Positions 36,975 through 50,804 of a stretch of 64,000 nucleotides of DNA are shown here, piece by piece; within the stretch, counting starts at the first letter, position 1; every line of letters begins with the position of its first letter. Made by a program: the position numbers and the translations under genes. Under the pieces are notes generated by a model, which ran no database searches, was not told the origin of the DNA, and saw only the letters and a program-made list of their open reading frames with translations. This DNA comes from Nemertoderma westbladi (Eukaryota; Animalia; Xenacoelomorpha), in NCBI GenBank assembly GCA_032718475.1, contig JAUCBJ010006199.1, positions 1 to 64,000 of the forward strand. Reading direction: 5' to 3'.

Positions 36975-38574
36975 TTCGACACATTTGGACTCATGACTAT
37001 TGATTATTTCTGTATGTTGTTAATGTACTTGTACATTACTGCAGTACCGGTAAGTAAGAATCTGGTCATGTTGATGTCAACCACTTTGATATGTGAGAAG
37101 CGGATTCATGGAATACAGATTTAATAAATCCTCAATAGCTCTGGTGGGAAATTTGAATTTCCCTTATTTCAGTTTCGGCTCTTTAGGCCTACTATCATAC
37201 TTTTCTGTTCCACCTATAACATACAGATTAACACGAGTTGATGTTATTCATAATGTGTTTTACCGGAGGCTAGTGCAGTAGCTGTCTGGCTGATATTATA
37301 CTGGGATAAAATGAAGGTGCATAAAATAAAATGAAGAACTGAGAAGGGGAGAGAATCGAAAGTTGCAGGGGGGGGGGGGGGGGGGGTGAAATTTAAAAAA
37401 AAATGTTGATCAAAATATAAAAAAAAATGTAGTAATTGTTTTGGCCACTTTCAGGCACACCATATAATGCGGCTGGTATTTTGCGATAATAATAATACTC
37501 GGGATAAGTTGGTAGAAGTAGTAGTAGTTAACAATAACTAACAGTAAACGTTAATTCATAAATAAATGAAAAAAATACAGTGAAGGTAATTAATTACATA
37601 CGTTATTACCCCATGGCCCGTAATATGGACCCCCCCCCCCCCCCAGATTTTTCATCAAATCTTTATCATATTGCTTGAAATTTGAAACACAACTAGTTCC
37701 ACTCACCGTCGTTGACCCCCATGAAGCCGGAATTTTCGATTTTGCCTTTAAAATTTTTATAAGCGTTTTGAAAAATTGTCTTTTGCGAAATCGCACCCTC
37801 TGTATCATGGCCATTCTTCACATTAGTCGTAATTTTTTCCTATTTAAATAGAAAGATTGCGTTGCAAGGATTCCATATATTTATAACAATATCTGAATTT
37901 CATTGAGAAACAGCTAATATATAGGCGTTCAAAGAATGCAATGTTGAACGATCATTCGCTGTAGGCCATTTATTATAATTTAATAAATACACAAATGGTC
38001 ATTGGTCAGTAAGGATGGCACATTTTTGCAAATTCGCACTTTTGCTTATAAATCCACTTTACATTAACCGATTTTGATGGTTGATGGCTCGTTTTGAAGA
38101 ATAGAGCGAGCTCTACAACATCTGAGTTGCACACTAATATTGTATTTTCACTACAAGAAGTCAAGTCATAAAAATGTATACCTTGGTGTCTACCTTGGGA
38201 GTTGCAAAATATAGTCCCCATGAAATGAGCTGCCATACAAAAATATGACTTAGGGTTAGGACAGGATTTTGGATAATAACTGGAACATAATATTTGGAGC
38301 ACAACTTTGACTGCCTGTCATTTTCTACAAACGAACGGGTTTATACCGGCACTTATAATTTAATTACTTCTATAGAGCCCTTTGTGTTGGCTAAGATAAA
38401 TTGTCGCTGCCCTTCCCGTTTCTATGATACTGCAGTATATTGGTATACCTTGGTATACATTTGTATCCCTTGGAAGTGAAAGAGTTTGTTCGTTCCAAGG
38501 TAGACATTTTTATACCAAGGTAGACAGTTTTAGCTCATTATACATATTATAAAGTTCAAGGTATACTCTATCAG

Positions 38575-38901
38575 TGTGATAAACAATGGGACAGCAACAC
38601 GCCAAGCTTCTACAATGTTTTCAAGGTATACAATGCAATTAATACACGGTAGGCGTTTAACAGCCCCAATACGATATAAACAATGGGGCCAAGCTTCAAC
38701 AACGACTCCAAGGTATACAATACAATTAATACAACACGGTCTAGGCGTTTAACAGCCCCAATACGTTATAAACAATGGGGCCAAGCTTCAACAACGACTC
38801 CAAGGTATACAATACAATTAATACAACACGGTCTAGGCGTTTAACAGCCCCAATACGTTATAAACAATGGGAGTCGTTCAACAACGACTCTTAACAGCCC
38901 C
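38575..38901. repeat. ~82-bp tandem repeat, 3-4 copies
   Basis: ATAAACAATGGGGCCAAGCTTCAACAACGACTCCAAGGTATACAATAC..TTTAACAGCCCCAATACG recurs. Confidence 0.85.
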
Positions 38902-39729
38902 ACTGCCACTATAGGGATTTAAATCTAGCATTCTAGCACGGACCTTAGTTACTGTGTGATGTGCCACGTATTTAACTTAAGTATCTCCAGGCTTGAAATC
39001 AGAATACCGTTATAATTCATTTACAGGTACTTGGCAAGATAACTTTAGGGTGCGTTCATAAAGGCACGCGTTCAGGGGGGGGGGGGGGGGGGGGGGGGGG
39101 GATTCGTGTTAGTTATTGTTCCTATTTTGTGTTTTCGGATATTCAAAAAAATATAATATAAAATAAATTAAAAATTATATATTAATTAAATTAATTAAAT
39201 ATTATTATTTATCTAGTCCTATTATTTATTTAAATTTAACTTTCATTTTCTCTGCTGGTGGCGAAATAATTTGTTCTTTTAATTTGCTTATTGAGTTATT
39301 CAACCAATGTCCTACTTAAATAAATTAATTACTTAGTAATTTTAAAATGTTCTTACAATTATTTTAAGCTAAGGGGTAACAAATTGTAGTATAAAATTGT
39401 AGAAATCCATAAATACGGAATATTTACGTGACATGCTTTATGAACTTCCCCTTTTAGTAAGGAATAATTTACTTTATGCCATTTTATCAGCACACAGCAC
39501 ACGTCGCAATGGCACGTGTTGTTACAGAAATTCGACGTGCGTTACATCTGAAAAAAACAGTTGAGTAAAGAATACAGAACAAAATCCACAGTAGGTGAAA
39601 ATGTCGATACCAGTCAATCCGAACAGCGTACAGCAAAGTCATGCAAGAAGGCAAAAGAGTAAATCAAACAAGAACAAGAAAGGCACAGTTAACGTAATAA
39701 ACAACGCCAAAAAAGTTAAAAATTGAGCC

Positions 39730-41120
39730 CATGTACATACCTTGTTACACAAAACGAAGAATGCCTTGCTACACAACACACTCACTGTCTTGGTACACAA
39801 AACGTATACCTTGCCTTGGTACACAAAATGTATACCTTGCTACAACAAAACGTATACCTTGGTACACAAAACGTATACCTTGAAAATTTAACCCAATGTA
39901 AACCTTGTTACACAAAACGTATACCTTGGTACACAAAACGTATACCTTGTTACACAAAACGTATACCTTGTTACACAAAAACGTATACCTTGGTACACAA
40001 AACGTATACCTTGGTACACAAAACATATACCTTGGTACACAAAACATATACTTTGGTACACAAAACGTATACCTTGGTACACAAAACGTATACCTTGGTA
40101 CACAAAACGTATACCTTGGTACACAAAACGTATACCTTGTTATACAAAACGTATACCTTGGTACACAAAACGTATACCTTGGTACACAAAACGTATACCT
40201 TGGTACACAAAACGTATACCTTGGTACACAAAACGTATACCTTGGTACACAAAACGTATACCTTGGTACACAAAACGTATACCTTGGTACACAAAACGTA
40301 TACCTTGTTACACAACACACGTGTCTTGGTACACAAAACGTATACCTTGGTACACAAAACGTATACCTTGGTACACAAAACGTATATCTTGGTACACAAA
40401 ACGTATACCTTGGTACACAAAAAGTATACCTTGGTACACAAAACGTATATCTTGGTACACAAAACGTATACCTTGGTACACAAAACGTATACCTTGGTAC
40501 ACAAAACGTATACCTTGGTATACAAAACGTATACCTTGTTACACAACACGTATCTTGGTACACAAAACGTATACCTTGGTACACAAAACGTATACCTTGG
40601 TACACAAAACGTATACCTTGTTACACAACACGTATCTTGGTACACAAAACGTATACCTTGGTACACAAAACGTATATCTTGGTACACAAAACGTATACCT
40701 TGTTACACAAAACGTATACCTTGGTACACAAAACGTATACCTTGTTACACAACACGTATCTTGGTACACAAAACGTATACCTTGGTACACAAAACGTATA
40801 CCTTGGTACACAAAACGTATACCTTGAAAAGAACCAATGTATACCTTGGTACACAAAACGTATACCTTGGTACACAAAACGTATACCTTGGTATACAAAA
40901 CGTATACCTTGTTACACAACACGTATCTTGGTACACAAAACGTATACCTTGGTACACAAAACGTATACCTTGGTACACAAAACGTATACCTTGTTACACA
41001 ACACGATCTTGGTACACAAAACGTATACCTTGGTACACAAAACGTATACCTTGGTACACAAAACGTATACCTTGAAAAGTTAACCAATGTATACCTTGGT
41101 ACACAAAATGTATACCATGA
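39730..41120. repeat. 21-bp minisatellite (~65 copies) in SRSF10 intron 1
   Basis: Unit CCTTGGTACACAAAACGTATA. It produces the artefactual LVHKTYT / YLGTQNV ORFs. Confidence 0.96.
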
Positions 41121-43087
41121 ACCCATGTATACTTTGGATGTCTACCTTGGATAGCATTTAGCGTTACTTCGCCTATAAAACTTTTAGACTTGAGTATATT
41201 TATATATTTAGGCCAGATCTGGAAAGAGCTCAAAATGACCATTCCAATGGTATATAATATATTGGGGTTCGACAAGATATAAAAAAAAAGTATTTTGCAA
41301 CGCTTTGAGCCACGTTTATTGACCAATGACCCTATATCTCAGCAGTTTCTCGAGAAAATTAAGATATTGTTACATATTTGGAATCCTTGCAACGCAAGCT
41401 TTCTAATGATATGATAAAATTACGACTAATGTGAAGAATGGCCACGATACAGAGGGTGCGATTTAAAACGCCTATAAAAAAAAAATTTAAGGCAAAATAT
41501 CGAAAATTCCGGCTTCATGGTAACCACCACGGTGAGTTGAACTCGTTGTGTTTCAAAGTTCAAGCAATATGATAAAGATATGTAGAAAAATTTGGGGGTG
41601 GGGGGGGGGGGGGGGGGGTTCGTGCCATCAGAAAATGACACTATATTACGGGTCATGGTGTATATTTTATTGAAAGCGAAGTCACCTGGCGGTCTTTATA
41701 GGTACCAAATACAATCAATAATTTAATATTAAAATATTAAATTAAGGAGGGGTACCCCGACCCCCTCAAGAGATTATTTTAAAACAGCACGAACAGTGTG
41801 TTGAATGTCAATAGCACTGCGGGGCGAGCCACGAAGTGAGCGAACCCTCAGCATAGGGGTACCATTAACGAGTTGTCTGTCGTCGTTTTTTAATTTTTGA
41901 TTGCTAATAAGTCGGTCATTACTTGATGAAACTAAACCAAACTTGGTAAGTATGTAGTCAGTCAAAAGCATAGATAGAATCTGAAGTTTGGTCGAAAGTC
42001 AGACAGTCTGTAAGTCGGTACCGGTAGTTTTTTGAATTTTGATAAAAACCGAAATAACTCAATCAATGTCAAAGTCAATCATGAATGAAATTAAACCAAA
42101 CTCGGTACGTATGCATGCATGCAGTCATCTGAAATTTGGTAGAAATGACCTAAGAACATTATAGGCTTTATTAATAATTTTGCGAAACAGATTAATTCAG
42201 TTCCTATGTCAGTCCCATGGCGGCGTAATGTAAATAGAAACAAGTACACGGATTATAGCTTCTCAGGTTAAATTGGTATCGTGCTGCGCGAAGGCTCCAC
42301 GAACGGGTTATGTTGTGTACAACCATCGTCTGGAAGGCCAAATGGCATTTTAATGGAAATTTAAATCTTCCTTTACCGGCGAGAGGTGGAATTATATAAG
42401 TCGCTAACGAAGTCGTTCAACTAACATTTTAACCAAATTTTTTGAAATTGAAACCAACTTTTTTGGAATCACATTTTTTTTCAAAACTACAAAAACTCAG
42501 AGTAGATTTTTAAATTATCATTTTTAAATTAAATTAATTAAAATTCGCATTATTTGAACAAAACGTTTTTAAAAAAAGTGCTAATATTTTTCAAGATCTT
42601 CAAAAAACATGTCAAACGAGAGATAACTTTTGGAATTGGGGTGAAAAATGACGGCATAGTATTTTGAAAAACGTAATTCAGATCATTTCCTTTAAAGTTT
42701 GATCCTTACAGTTCTAGCCTGTCTGTCAGGGGTCTGTTAATTGAGTAATGTTTGGCACTACGTCTGCAAAACAACACCACCTTCCTAAAATTATCAACAT
42801 GGGGTTTTCAGGGTCGGTGATTTCATATAGTATTCTAGTGCGAAACATGTAACTCTCTAAAAATCTCAAATATTTATCGTACATATTTAAGACAGTAAGA
42901 TGTTTCACAAATTTTGATTTGTTTGAATTTCGAATCCTTGAAAGGTCAGCTTTCTTATCAGTACCGTTACCGTACCAACAAAGCTATATTACTATATACC
43001 GGTACCAGTCAGTATATTAACCACTGAATTACGAAACTAATTGCAGTATAAGGTACACTACACCTACACACGCGTTATTAAACTTGC

Positions 43088-43158
43088 CTCGTCCTGTCTG
43101 GGAAATTCTTTATAAACAAGGAATATGTGCGTTTGTTGTTTTGATATCGAGACGACAT
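43088..43158 (-). CDS. SRSF10: SRSF10/12-like, coding exon 1 (start, RNP2), GC donor
   Basis: ATG at 43158 reads MSSRYQNNKRTYSLFIKNFPDRT(R) (human [22 protein letters not shown]). Ends in phase 2 at AG|GCAAGT, matching exon 2. Upstream acceptor TTATTCTTTCCAACAG| at 43270. The exons total 71+105+104+247+79 = 606 nt (201 aa + stop). Confidence 0.85.
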
Positions 43159-43392
43159 GCTGCTATCGCAGTTAACTCGTTGCCGGTACAAGTTGTTGTT
43201 TCTTGGTTATTGGTGGGTCGTCTTACGATGAATCCCGCCAGTAATCAAATATACGTGATATTCTTAAACCTGTTGGAAAGAATAAACAGAAATTAACATA
43301 AACTAAATGTATGGCTGAAAGTACGGTTATGGCAATGCTGCAATGATACGAACCATGGGTTTGGGTTAATTATTGTTTGTTACAATCTCTAA

Positions 43393-43908
43393 GGCCCCCC
43401 TCACACGGAGCAACTTGTTTCTGCAACTTGTTTCTGAAACTTGTTGCTGGACCCCCTCACACACAGAAACTTGTTGCTGCAACTTGTTTCCGAAACTTGT
43501 TTCTGTGTGTGAGGACTCCAGCAACAAGTTTCTGAAACTTGTTTCCGCAACTTGTTTCTGTGTGTGAGGGAGTCCAGCAACAAGTTGCTGGAAGTTATAT
43601 ACCCAGCAACTTTTTGAAAAACTTTTATTACATTCCATTTTTTGATACTAGCTAATATTAGATAATTTGAGTGATGTGATATTACATATAAATGACTGGA
43701 CTTGTTAGCTATTTATTTGCAAATAATTGTTATTTTCTTCAGCAACAAGTTTCTGTGTGTGAGGGGGTCCAGCAACAAGTTGCAGAAACAAGTTTCGGAA
43801 ACAAGTTGCAGAAACAAGTTGCAGCAACAAGTTTCTGTGTGTGAGGGGGTCCAGCAACAAGTTTCAGAAACAAGTTGCAGAAACAAGTTGCTCCGTGTGA
43901 GGGGGGCC
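43393..43908. mobile_element. PIF/Harbinger-like MITE
   Basis: TIR GGCCCCCCTCACACGGAGCAACTTGTTTCTG.. inverted at the right end. TAA on both flanks. Internal AACTTGTT subterminal repeats. Confidence 0.85.
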
Positions 43909-44136
43909 TAAGTGAAAACGTACCATGGGTAAATGTACCCGAACAGAAACGTACCCGAATACTGGGTACGTTTTAACAATGATGCATTGGGTACGTTTTA
44001 GTAGTACAAAAATAAATAGCAAAAATAAATTATAACCTGTGCTATTGACTCTCGTTTATTGTTTTGGTTGGATTAATTTGTCACCGTAACCTGCTCCTTT
44101 CCCTTGCTCTATTACAGTTTGCGTGCCACCTATATA

Positions 44137-45398
44137 CAGCATGTCCTGGAATATAGTGTCGTTCTTCTGGTACATAGCCCCCCCCCACCCCCCCCCCCCC
44201 CCCCAATTTTTCAACAAATCTTAATGAGATCCCATTTTCTATTCCCTATATTTCCTAATATGTAAAAATATTTGAATTTGGTTGGGAAATAGCTGAAATA
44301 TGGGCATTCGAATTTTACATGTATTTGCTTCCACTGCAGGCCATTTATTCTATTTAATAAATACACAATGTTCTAGAAAATTTTGTTTATCTCATAAGTA
44401 GCTTGGCAACAATGCAATGCCTAAATGATAATACTAGTAATCAAAATGTTCTAGAACATTGTGTATTTATTAAATTGAATAAATGGCCTGCAGCAGAAGC
44501 AAATACATGTAAAATTCGAATGCCCATATTTCTGCTATTTCCCAACCAAATTCAAATATTTTTACATATTAGGAAATAGGATATATATGTAGGATATAGG
44601 AATATAGGTCGCGGCGGCCAATAGGGCTTGACGATGGCGCAGGGATGTGGGCGGTGCGTTAGAAGAGGGAGAATTCAGCGAGGCTCGTGAGGATCTTACT
44701 GCTCTGATGAAGGATTACGAGGAGGTTGGAGTTGATAGTGGTGAAGCCGAAGATGAGGAGGGAGAGGAGGAATATTAGATGTACACTTTACAAACTCTAT
44801 TCATTCAGCCGTCACTACTAGAAATATGCAACTCTTACTATTAATTACTATTACTATTAATTTTAGTTATGTACGGGATTATTTGCCAATATTGCGTAAC
44901 TAATCATACATAAACAAATTGTTCCAGAATATTGTGTATTTATTAAATAGAATAAATGGCCTGCAGCGAACGATTAAATAGAATAAATGGCATGCAGCAG
45001 AAGCAAATACATGCCAAATTCGAATGCCCTTATTTCAGCTATTTCCCAACCAAATTCAAATATTTTTACATATTAGGAAATAGGAATCCTTTCATGGCCA
45101 GATTTCGACTAGTACCTACAAATCAAAATAAGGTTGTAAATAAGGTTGAAGAATAACTATGGTGTAACTGGTGCAATATTGACGGAGACACTTTTTTTAA
45201 ACCTTTGTAGCTAAAGACCGAAAGCGAAAATAAAAATTCTGGCTCACCCAGTAAGGACAAAGGAGGAGGGAGGTGAAACTAACTCTGTTTCAAATTTCAT
45301 GCAATCTCATTAAGATTTGTAGAACAATTTGGGGGGGGGGGGGGGGGGGGGGGGGGAGCATGTACCAGAATAACGACACTATATTCCAGGACATGGTG
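44137..45398. mobile_element. TA-flanked MITE (CACCATG family) with captured sequence
   Basis: CATGTCCTGGAATATAGTGTCGTT..poly-C at the left is inverted as poly-G..AACGACACTATATTCCAGGACATGGTG at the right. Internal palindrome ~44250-44580. Confidence 0.8.
44662..44778 (+). pseudogene. Alpha-tubulin C-terminal fragment
   Basis: Translates [38 protein letters not shown], the alpha-tubulin tail with terminal EEY. No upstream tubulin sequence. Confidence 0.92.
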
Positions 45399-45540
45399 TA
45401 TTCAATATAATTATATTTAGATTGTAATATATTCTACGAGTACCGCTACTTACAATTACATTTTGTTACGTTTAAACTTTTTATACTAGCTAGTTTTTAG
45501 TTTCTAGTTTTTAGCATTACGTCAGCCAGTAGCGCTGAGG

Positions 45541-45976
45541 TGACTACAAAACAAAGACCCAGATAATAAAGACCTGTACAAAACACATGAGTTATTAGTG
45601 TTAACTTACGTTTATAGTTTTGGTTCCCCCAACACGCATCTGTAACCTGCTCCTTTACTAGGCCTAACCTGCTCCTTTAAATGACAATGTGACTGAACAG
45701 CATAACGCTCTATGGCAATGGGACCTAACGCTTTTTGGGACCTAACGCTCTTTCAGTCTTTCGGACGTAACGTGACTTTACCTCATTGTTTTGTACAGGT
45801 TCCAAAGAGCGTTAGGTGCCATTGCATTTAAAGGAGCAGGTTAGTAAAGGATCATGTTACAGAGGCGTGTTGGGGGGAACCAAAACAATATACGAAAGTT
45901 AATACATGTTACAATTGAATATTATGCAGGTCTTCATTTGTTATTATTTGGGTCTTTGGTCTTTGTTTTGTAGTCA
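45541..45976. mobile_element. Foldback/MITE-like inverted repeat
   Basis: TGACTACAAAACAAAGACC / GGTCTTTGTTTTGTAGTCA termini. Internal arms GGTTCCCCCAACACGC and CCTGCTCCTTTAAATG are also inverted. Confidence 0.75.
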
Positions 45977-48900
45977 AGCAGTAGTGCTGCACCATGTACT
46001 GATGTCTGGCTGTACTATAGGGCAACGGTAGCGTTAGGCTGTTAGGTCTGTAGGTCCTGGCGGCTTGGCGCAGTTCCTAGATGATAGGGTGGCATAAAGG
46101 CTGAAAGGTCCATTGTCCATTACATATTAGTCACTCGTCACACCGACACCCCAACCAGCCAACGCTCATTCCTCAACCGCAAAAGAAGACCCGTACAGCC
46201 GTATCAGCGCACCGTATGGACTCTGACTCAAGATGCAATGTCAGAAGGTGGAAAGAACGATACACAGATACAAGCAGCAGAGTAGGCCTATGTACCTGTA
46301 ATTGAAACCAAACCAACTTATTTTTCTTACCTACCTTAGGATGTTAGGTAAATTAAAAGCAAGCCAGTCAGCCAGTTAGTTTGTAGTAAACTGAACAGGT
46401 TCCACGTCCCAGCCAGCCAGCCGATTTTCCGATAGATTTGAATGTCGCAAATAGGTTATCTGCAATGTATCTGTCTCTATCTGCTATCATCTACCTGTTA
46501 TATACCATATACCGTACCGGAAAGATATAGCTGTATAGTCTAAACACTACAGCACTAACTGTGAACTGATTCTGCAGTGCCAGTGGTCCTACTGCAGTAC
46601 CAGTCAGCCAGTACTGTCCTAGTCCTGTAGTCTACCGCTACCGGTACAGGTAATTTGCTCAAGATTGTATATTCCTGTATTCAGGTTCAACATTTGAACA
46701 TACAGTGAATAATTGTAAAACAAACTTAGACACAAATAAAACCGTACATTTAACCATATACAGATATACAGATATACCTGTATACACCATTGCGTACAGT
46801 AGTTATTATTATTACTTGGCATTGAAATATTAATCAAATAAAAACACCGGATAAAAACAAACCAGGTACAATAACGGTAAGTTATATAGAGCATACTAAT
46901 TCACAGCAGCTTAAATAAAATAAATCTAAAATATTTCAAAATATCTACAAATTTAAAGTTTTAATAAATAGTTTAAAATAAATCAAAAATAGCTGAGTTC
47001 AAAATATCTACAAAGTTATGTTTAAAATACAATAAATAACTAAATAAATTAATAGCTTATTTGCATATAAAATTTGATATGGAGTAGGCCTACATAATAT
47101 ATTTTGTTACATTATGTTAACTTAACAGCGTTCTGGTGAATTACTCGTAACGCTGCAAAGTACTACTTTGCAGCGTTGCGGCCTATAGGACGGAACGCTG
47201 CAAAGTAATCAATGACATGGAAACAACTTCAATTACCGTATTCCAGAATGTATTATTTCCATTTATGATTAATGAGTGCTGCTTTATTATCCAGTTTGCA
47301 GTGACGGGACTAGCTACTGTATGTCAATAATTGTTTAACGTGTACTGTAATCCATATCGATACGCCAAGACACTTTAGAGAAATTTAGCAAAGAAAATGG
47401 CGGCAGTGTTCAGTCTGTCAGTAAAACTGAACGGACACAGATTGCTTCAGTCGACGATGGATGAAAGATTTATCACATCCATGCAGGAGATAACTTCCAA
47501 TATACTTTTATTCGATTTAAATGTATATTTAATGATATATAATATATATAATGATGTATCATATATATAATAATATATAATATGTACCTGTTAATAAATT
47601 TAACTTATATTCGAAATAGTCCATGATAAAATGTTTAAATGAGCATCCATAAAATCCTTTCTTTACATACCGAACGCTGATAAGTTGACATAATGTCAAC
47701 AAAATTACATACATCATTGCTTGCAAAGGTCACTTTTCAGCGTTAAAGACCCTTGTTTATTTATGTAAACCTCCCTCGCTGCGCTCGCTCGGTACATAAA
47801 TAAACTCGGGTCATAACGCTGCAAAGTGCTACTTTGCACACAATGATGTAAATAGTTATAGAAATAAAATCCACTTAAAATAAGAAAGACAAGATTATTA
47901 CAATAAACAGGTTATATAACGAAAGATTTATTACATTGTACATAGACTGATAGATCATTTAAAATAACAAAAACAAAATAAAAAGCAACAAATTTATTTT
48001 AGACACGCTGTTAACAATCTCAGCTAGGTGTGAGTTCCAAATAGGCACAATTCTGTACGCAAATATATTTTATTCCAAAATTGTAACATTACTCAACGGC
48101 AACGCCGTTAATATTAACAGCGAGTTGTTATTTAGCACTTTACAACTTTAGAGGACATTACAGTATTGTATTCAGGCCTGTACATTTAGTATTGTATTTG
48201 GTGTTATTGTTTACATGGTAACCCATGATGGCATTAAATAATGTCCAATCGATCTAAGCAATTGAACATCGCCATTTAAAATATAATTTGATTATTAGTT
48301 GATTGTCTACTGTAGTGCGGTTGGTCTGGTACTGGCAGGGCGGTACTGACACTGACAGTAGTGACAGTGGTCAAATTAAGTTATGTATTTTTCTAGAAAA
48401 TACAGTTTCTTTCACGTGCTGCGCGAAGGGCACATCGTCCTCTGCAGCCGTGGTGCAAAATTTACACCACATTAAATACACGACCTGGGTGTCTGTCTGT
48501 AGATTTTCCGGCAAATTGAAGGAAAATTGTGGAAGTGGTGCACATTTGAAAACAGGCAAAAATTGACTTTTCGAGAAAAAAGCCATAAACTCATGATTTT
48601 CAATCGTGCTGGTCGAAGCTGAGAATCACCCCAATCTCTGAAGTTACACATAGACCAGAGAGTGTATGTGTGAAATTTGAGACAAATCGGTCCAAAAATG
48701 GCCACTGGGGAAAGGTGTTTGTCACTGTGCCTCAAATGTGATAGAACCCAGGAAAGTGTCAGACGAAAGTTTACCGGTCGACATGAGTTAAACTGTCCAA
48801 TAAACGTAGGCTAGGCAAGGCAGTTTCAACTGCTCACTTAGAAAATTCAGATTACAGAGTTAGATGGAATAGCAATACCACTGGAAAGCATTGCAGATAT

Positions 48901-49270
48901 CACCAGAGATGTAGACAACTCCGTTCCGTATCCGTAGGGTGTTCTGTTCAGTAACACAACATGGCAATTCAAGAAGAGGATGCGAGGATTATTCTCCTCT
49001 TCATAATGATCGATGAAGTTGATGACTTCTGTCATGTCACATCCGACAGGACGCAGGAACTTAAGCGGGTTTTGTAGCGTAAGAATGGGATATTGATTTG
49101 AGCGAGACCCTAGAACCAAACGAACGAAAGAAACAAACTAAACCTTATCATAAATCAGTAAATTACAGAATTATGGTAAACTCGAGGGTCCACTTCGCAA
49201 CGGCCTCAGTCTGTCAGTTCGCTCCCGGTGCATCGCCAATATAGCAATGTTGTACCACCACGGTTTAATA

Positions 49271-49746
49271 TACCCTTTTTTTTTTCTTTATAAGAACCAG
49301 TAGAATTTTGCCGAGCCTCGTGTTCTTAAAATATCTCGAACTTTCAGCCTCAAATGTTCTCAAACTGTTCTTGCATTACAGTAGGCATACTGTACTGTAC
49401 CATAAGTATCAAACATTGTCTGATTACAGTAGGTCTGTAGTCCTACTGCAGTACTGTTCAGCTGTTGTGAACTACAGTACGGTACTGCAGGTACAGTACT
49501 GCAGTAGGCTTACAGGTGAACTGAAACTGAAACATTTACAGTAGGGGTATACTTTAACACTAAATGTCAGACTGTGAACTGCCAGTACAATTTTTGATTT
49601 CTCTGTGTATCTGGAGCTTATCAATTTTACTTAACTCACTTTGTGGAATCTGAGCCTCAAGTTGTTCTTAGATTGTTCTTAATTTTTTTCGCAAATTCGA
49701 GCCTCGTGTTCTTATAAACTGTGTTCTTATAAAAAAAAAAAATGTA
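49271..49746. mobile_element. MITE-like element
   Basis: TAC..T-run..TATAAGAAC at the left is inverted as GTTCTTATA..A-run..GTA at the right. Repeated GAGCCTC(G/A)..GTTCTTA motifs. Confidence 0.6.
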
Positions 49747-50728
49747 TCCAGTTTTACGCCACAGTACTACTTTTATAATAAAATCCGTAGAAAAATTATC
49801 TGCGACGATCTTGTCGCCAGTGAGGAACTCAGAGACAGTTCATCGGGAAGAATATGGAATGTTCTGTAAGGATGTTTGATCTCGATAACAGAGGAGTCGA
49901 GAGAACAACCGATCCGACGCAGCAGTGAACACCGATGGAACCTAAGAAGGAACCACCGCGAACCACTTTCATTGGGGTGTCAGCCCTGCGTTGTCCAGGG
50001 GTGTTTTCCGGCCCGTGTTTTCTCGGCAAACGCCAATTGTCTTCGAGACTTAAATAGCACGATAATTGCAGTATAATTATTAATACAGTGAGAAAGGCCT
50101 ATAGGCCTTTCTCATATATCATATATGATTAAAGATACAAATTAAGCAGTTAAGATTAATTAATTAATTATTATAATTAAACATCGCTATATACTTCAGC
50201 ATCAGCAATAAAACTGATGTGTTACGCGGCCTTGCTCTGCTAGTAAAGCTACATATTAATATACAAATAAAAGTACATACTAGTGCACAATTTTAGGCCT
50301 ACGCTAATTCTGCAGTTTTCTGGGAAGGCCTGTTGTTAGTAAAGGTCGCCTTGGTACATACTGAGAAAAAGTGTCGCCTTGGAAAATATGTCGAACTGGC
50401 GATTTGGTAGTGCGAAACTTATTCCATACAAATAAATAAAATATTATTACTCGCGATATTTCGCAAGTTTCGATGCTTTAACAAATACCAACACAGTAAT
50501 AATACAGCATTGTGTATGTAGACTTTTATTGTTATACCGTAGTTATTTGTTTATTTGTGCGGGGAGACATCATGACCTACAGTACTACAGATCAGATACG
50601 TTGTAATACAGATACGACCCGTCAAGCTGCCGATATAAAGACACATACATTTGGAAAACGGCCCTAATATAATTATAACAGTTCGGTGATGGCTCGCAGT
50701 TCTGACTAGTCCCATATACCAACCTACA

Positions 50729-50772
50729 CACCATGTCCTGGAATAGTGTCGTAATTCAGTGACATGCCACCC

Positions 50773-50804
<32 letters not shown>

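Larger units (their letters stand above)
37609..41660. mobile_element. ~4-kb TA-flanked non-autonomous TIR element (CACCATG family) carrying tandem arrays
   Basis: The left arm 37609-~37930 is inverted in ~41330-41660 (GAAGCCGGAATTTTCGAT / ATCGAAAATTCCGGCTTC, ATTCTTCACATTAGTCGTAATT / AATTACGACTAATGTGAAGAAT). Poly-C/G tracts near the ends. TA on both flanks. Confidence 0.75.

Noticed and set aside
47770-47795. CGCTGCGCTCGCTCGG resembling an AAV Rep-binding element
   Set aside because: Short motif inside an apparent foldback repeat. No ITR structure and no Rep/Cap ORF.
48847-50076. Short ORFs at 48847-49119 and 49829-50076 as exons of another gene
   Set aside because: No recognisable protein motif and no consistent exon chain. 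Could be a decayed TE or gene fragment, which needs a translated search.
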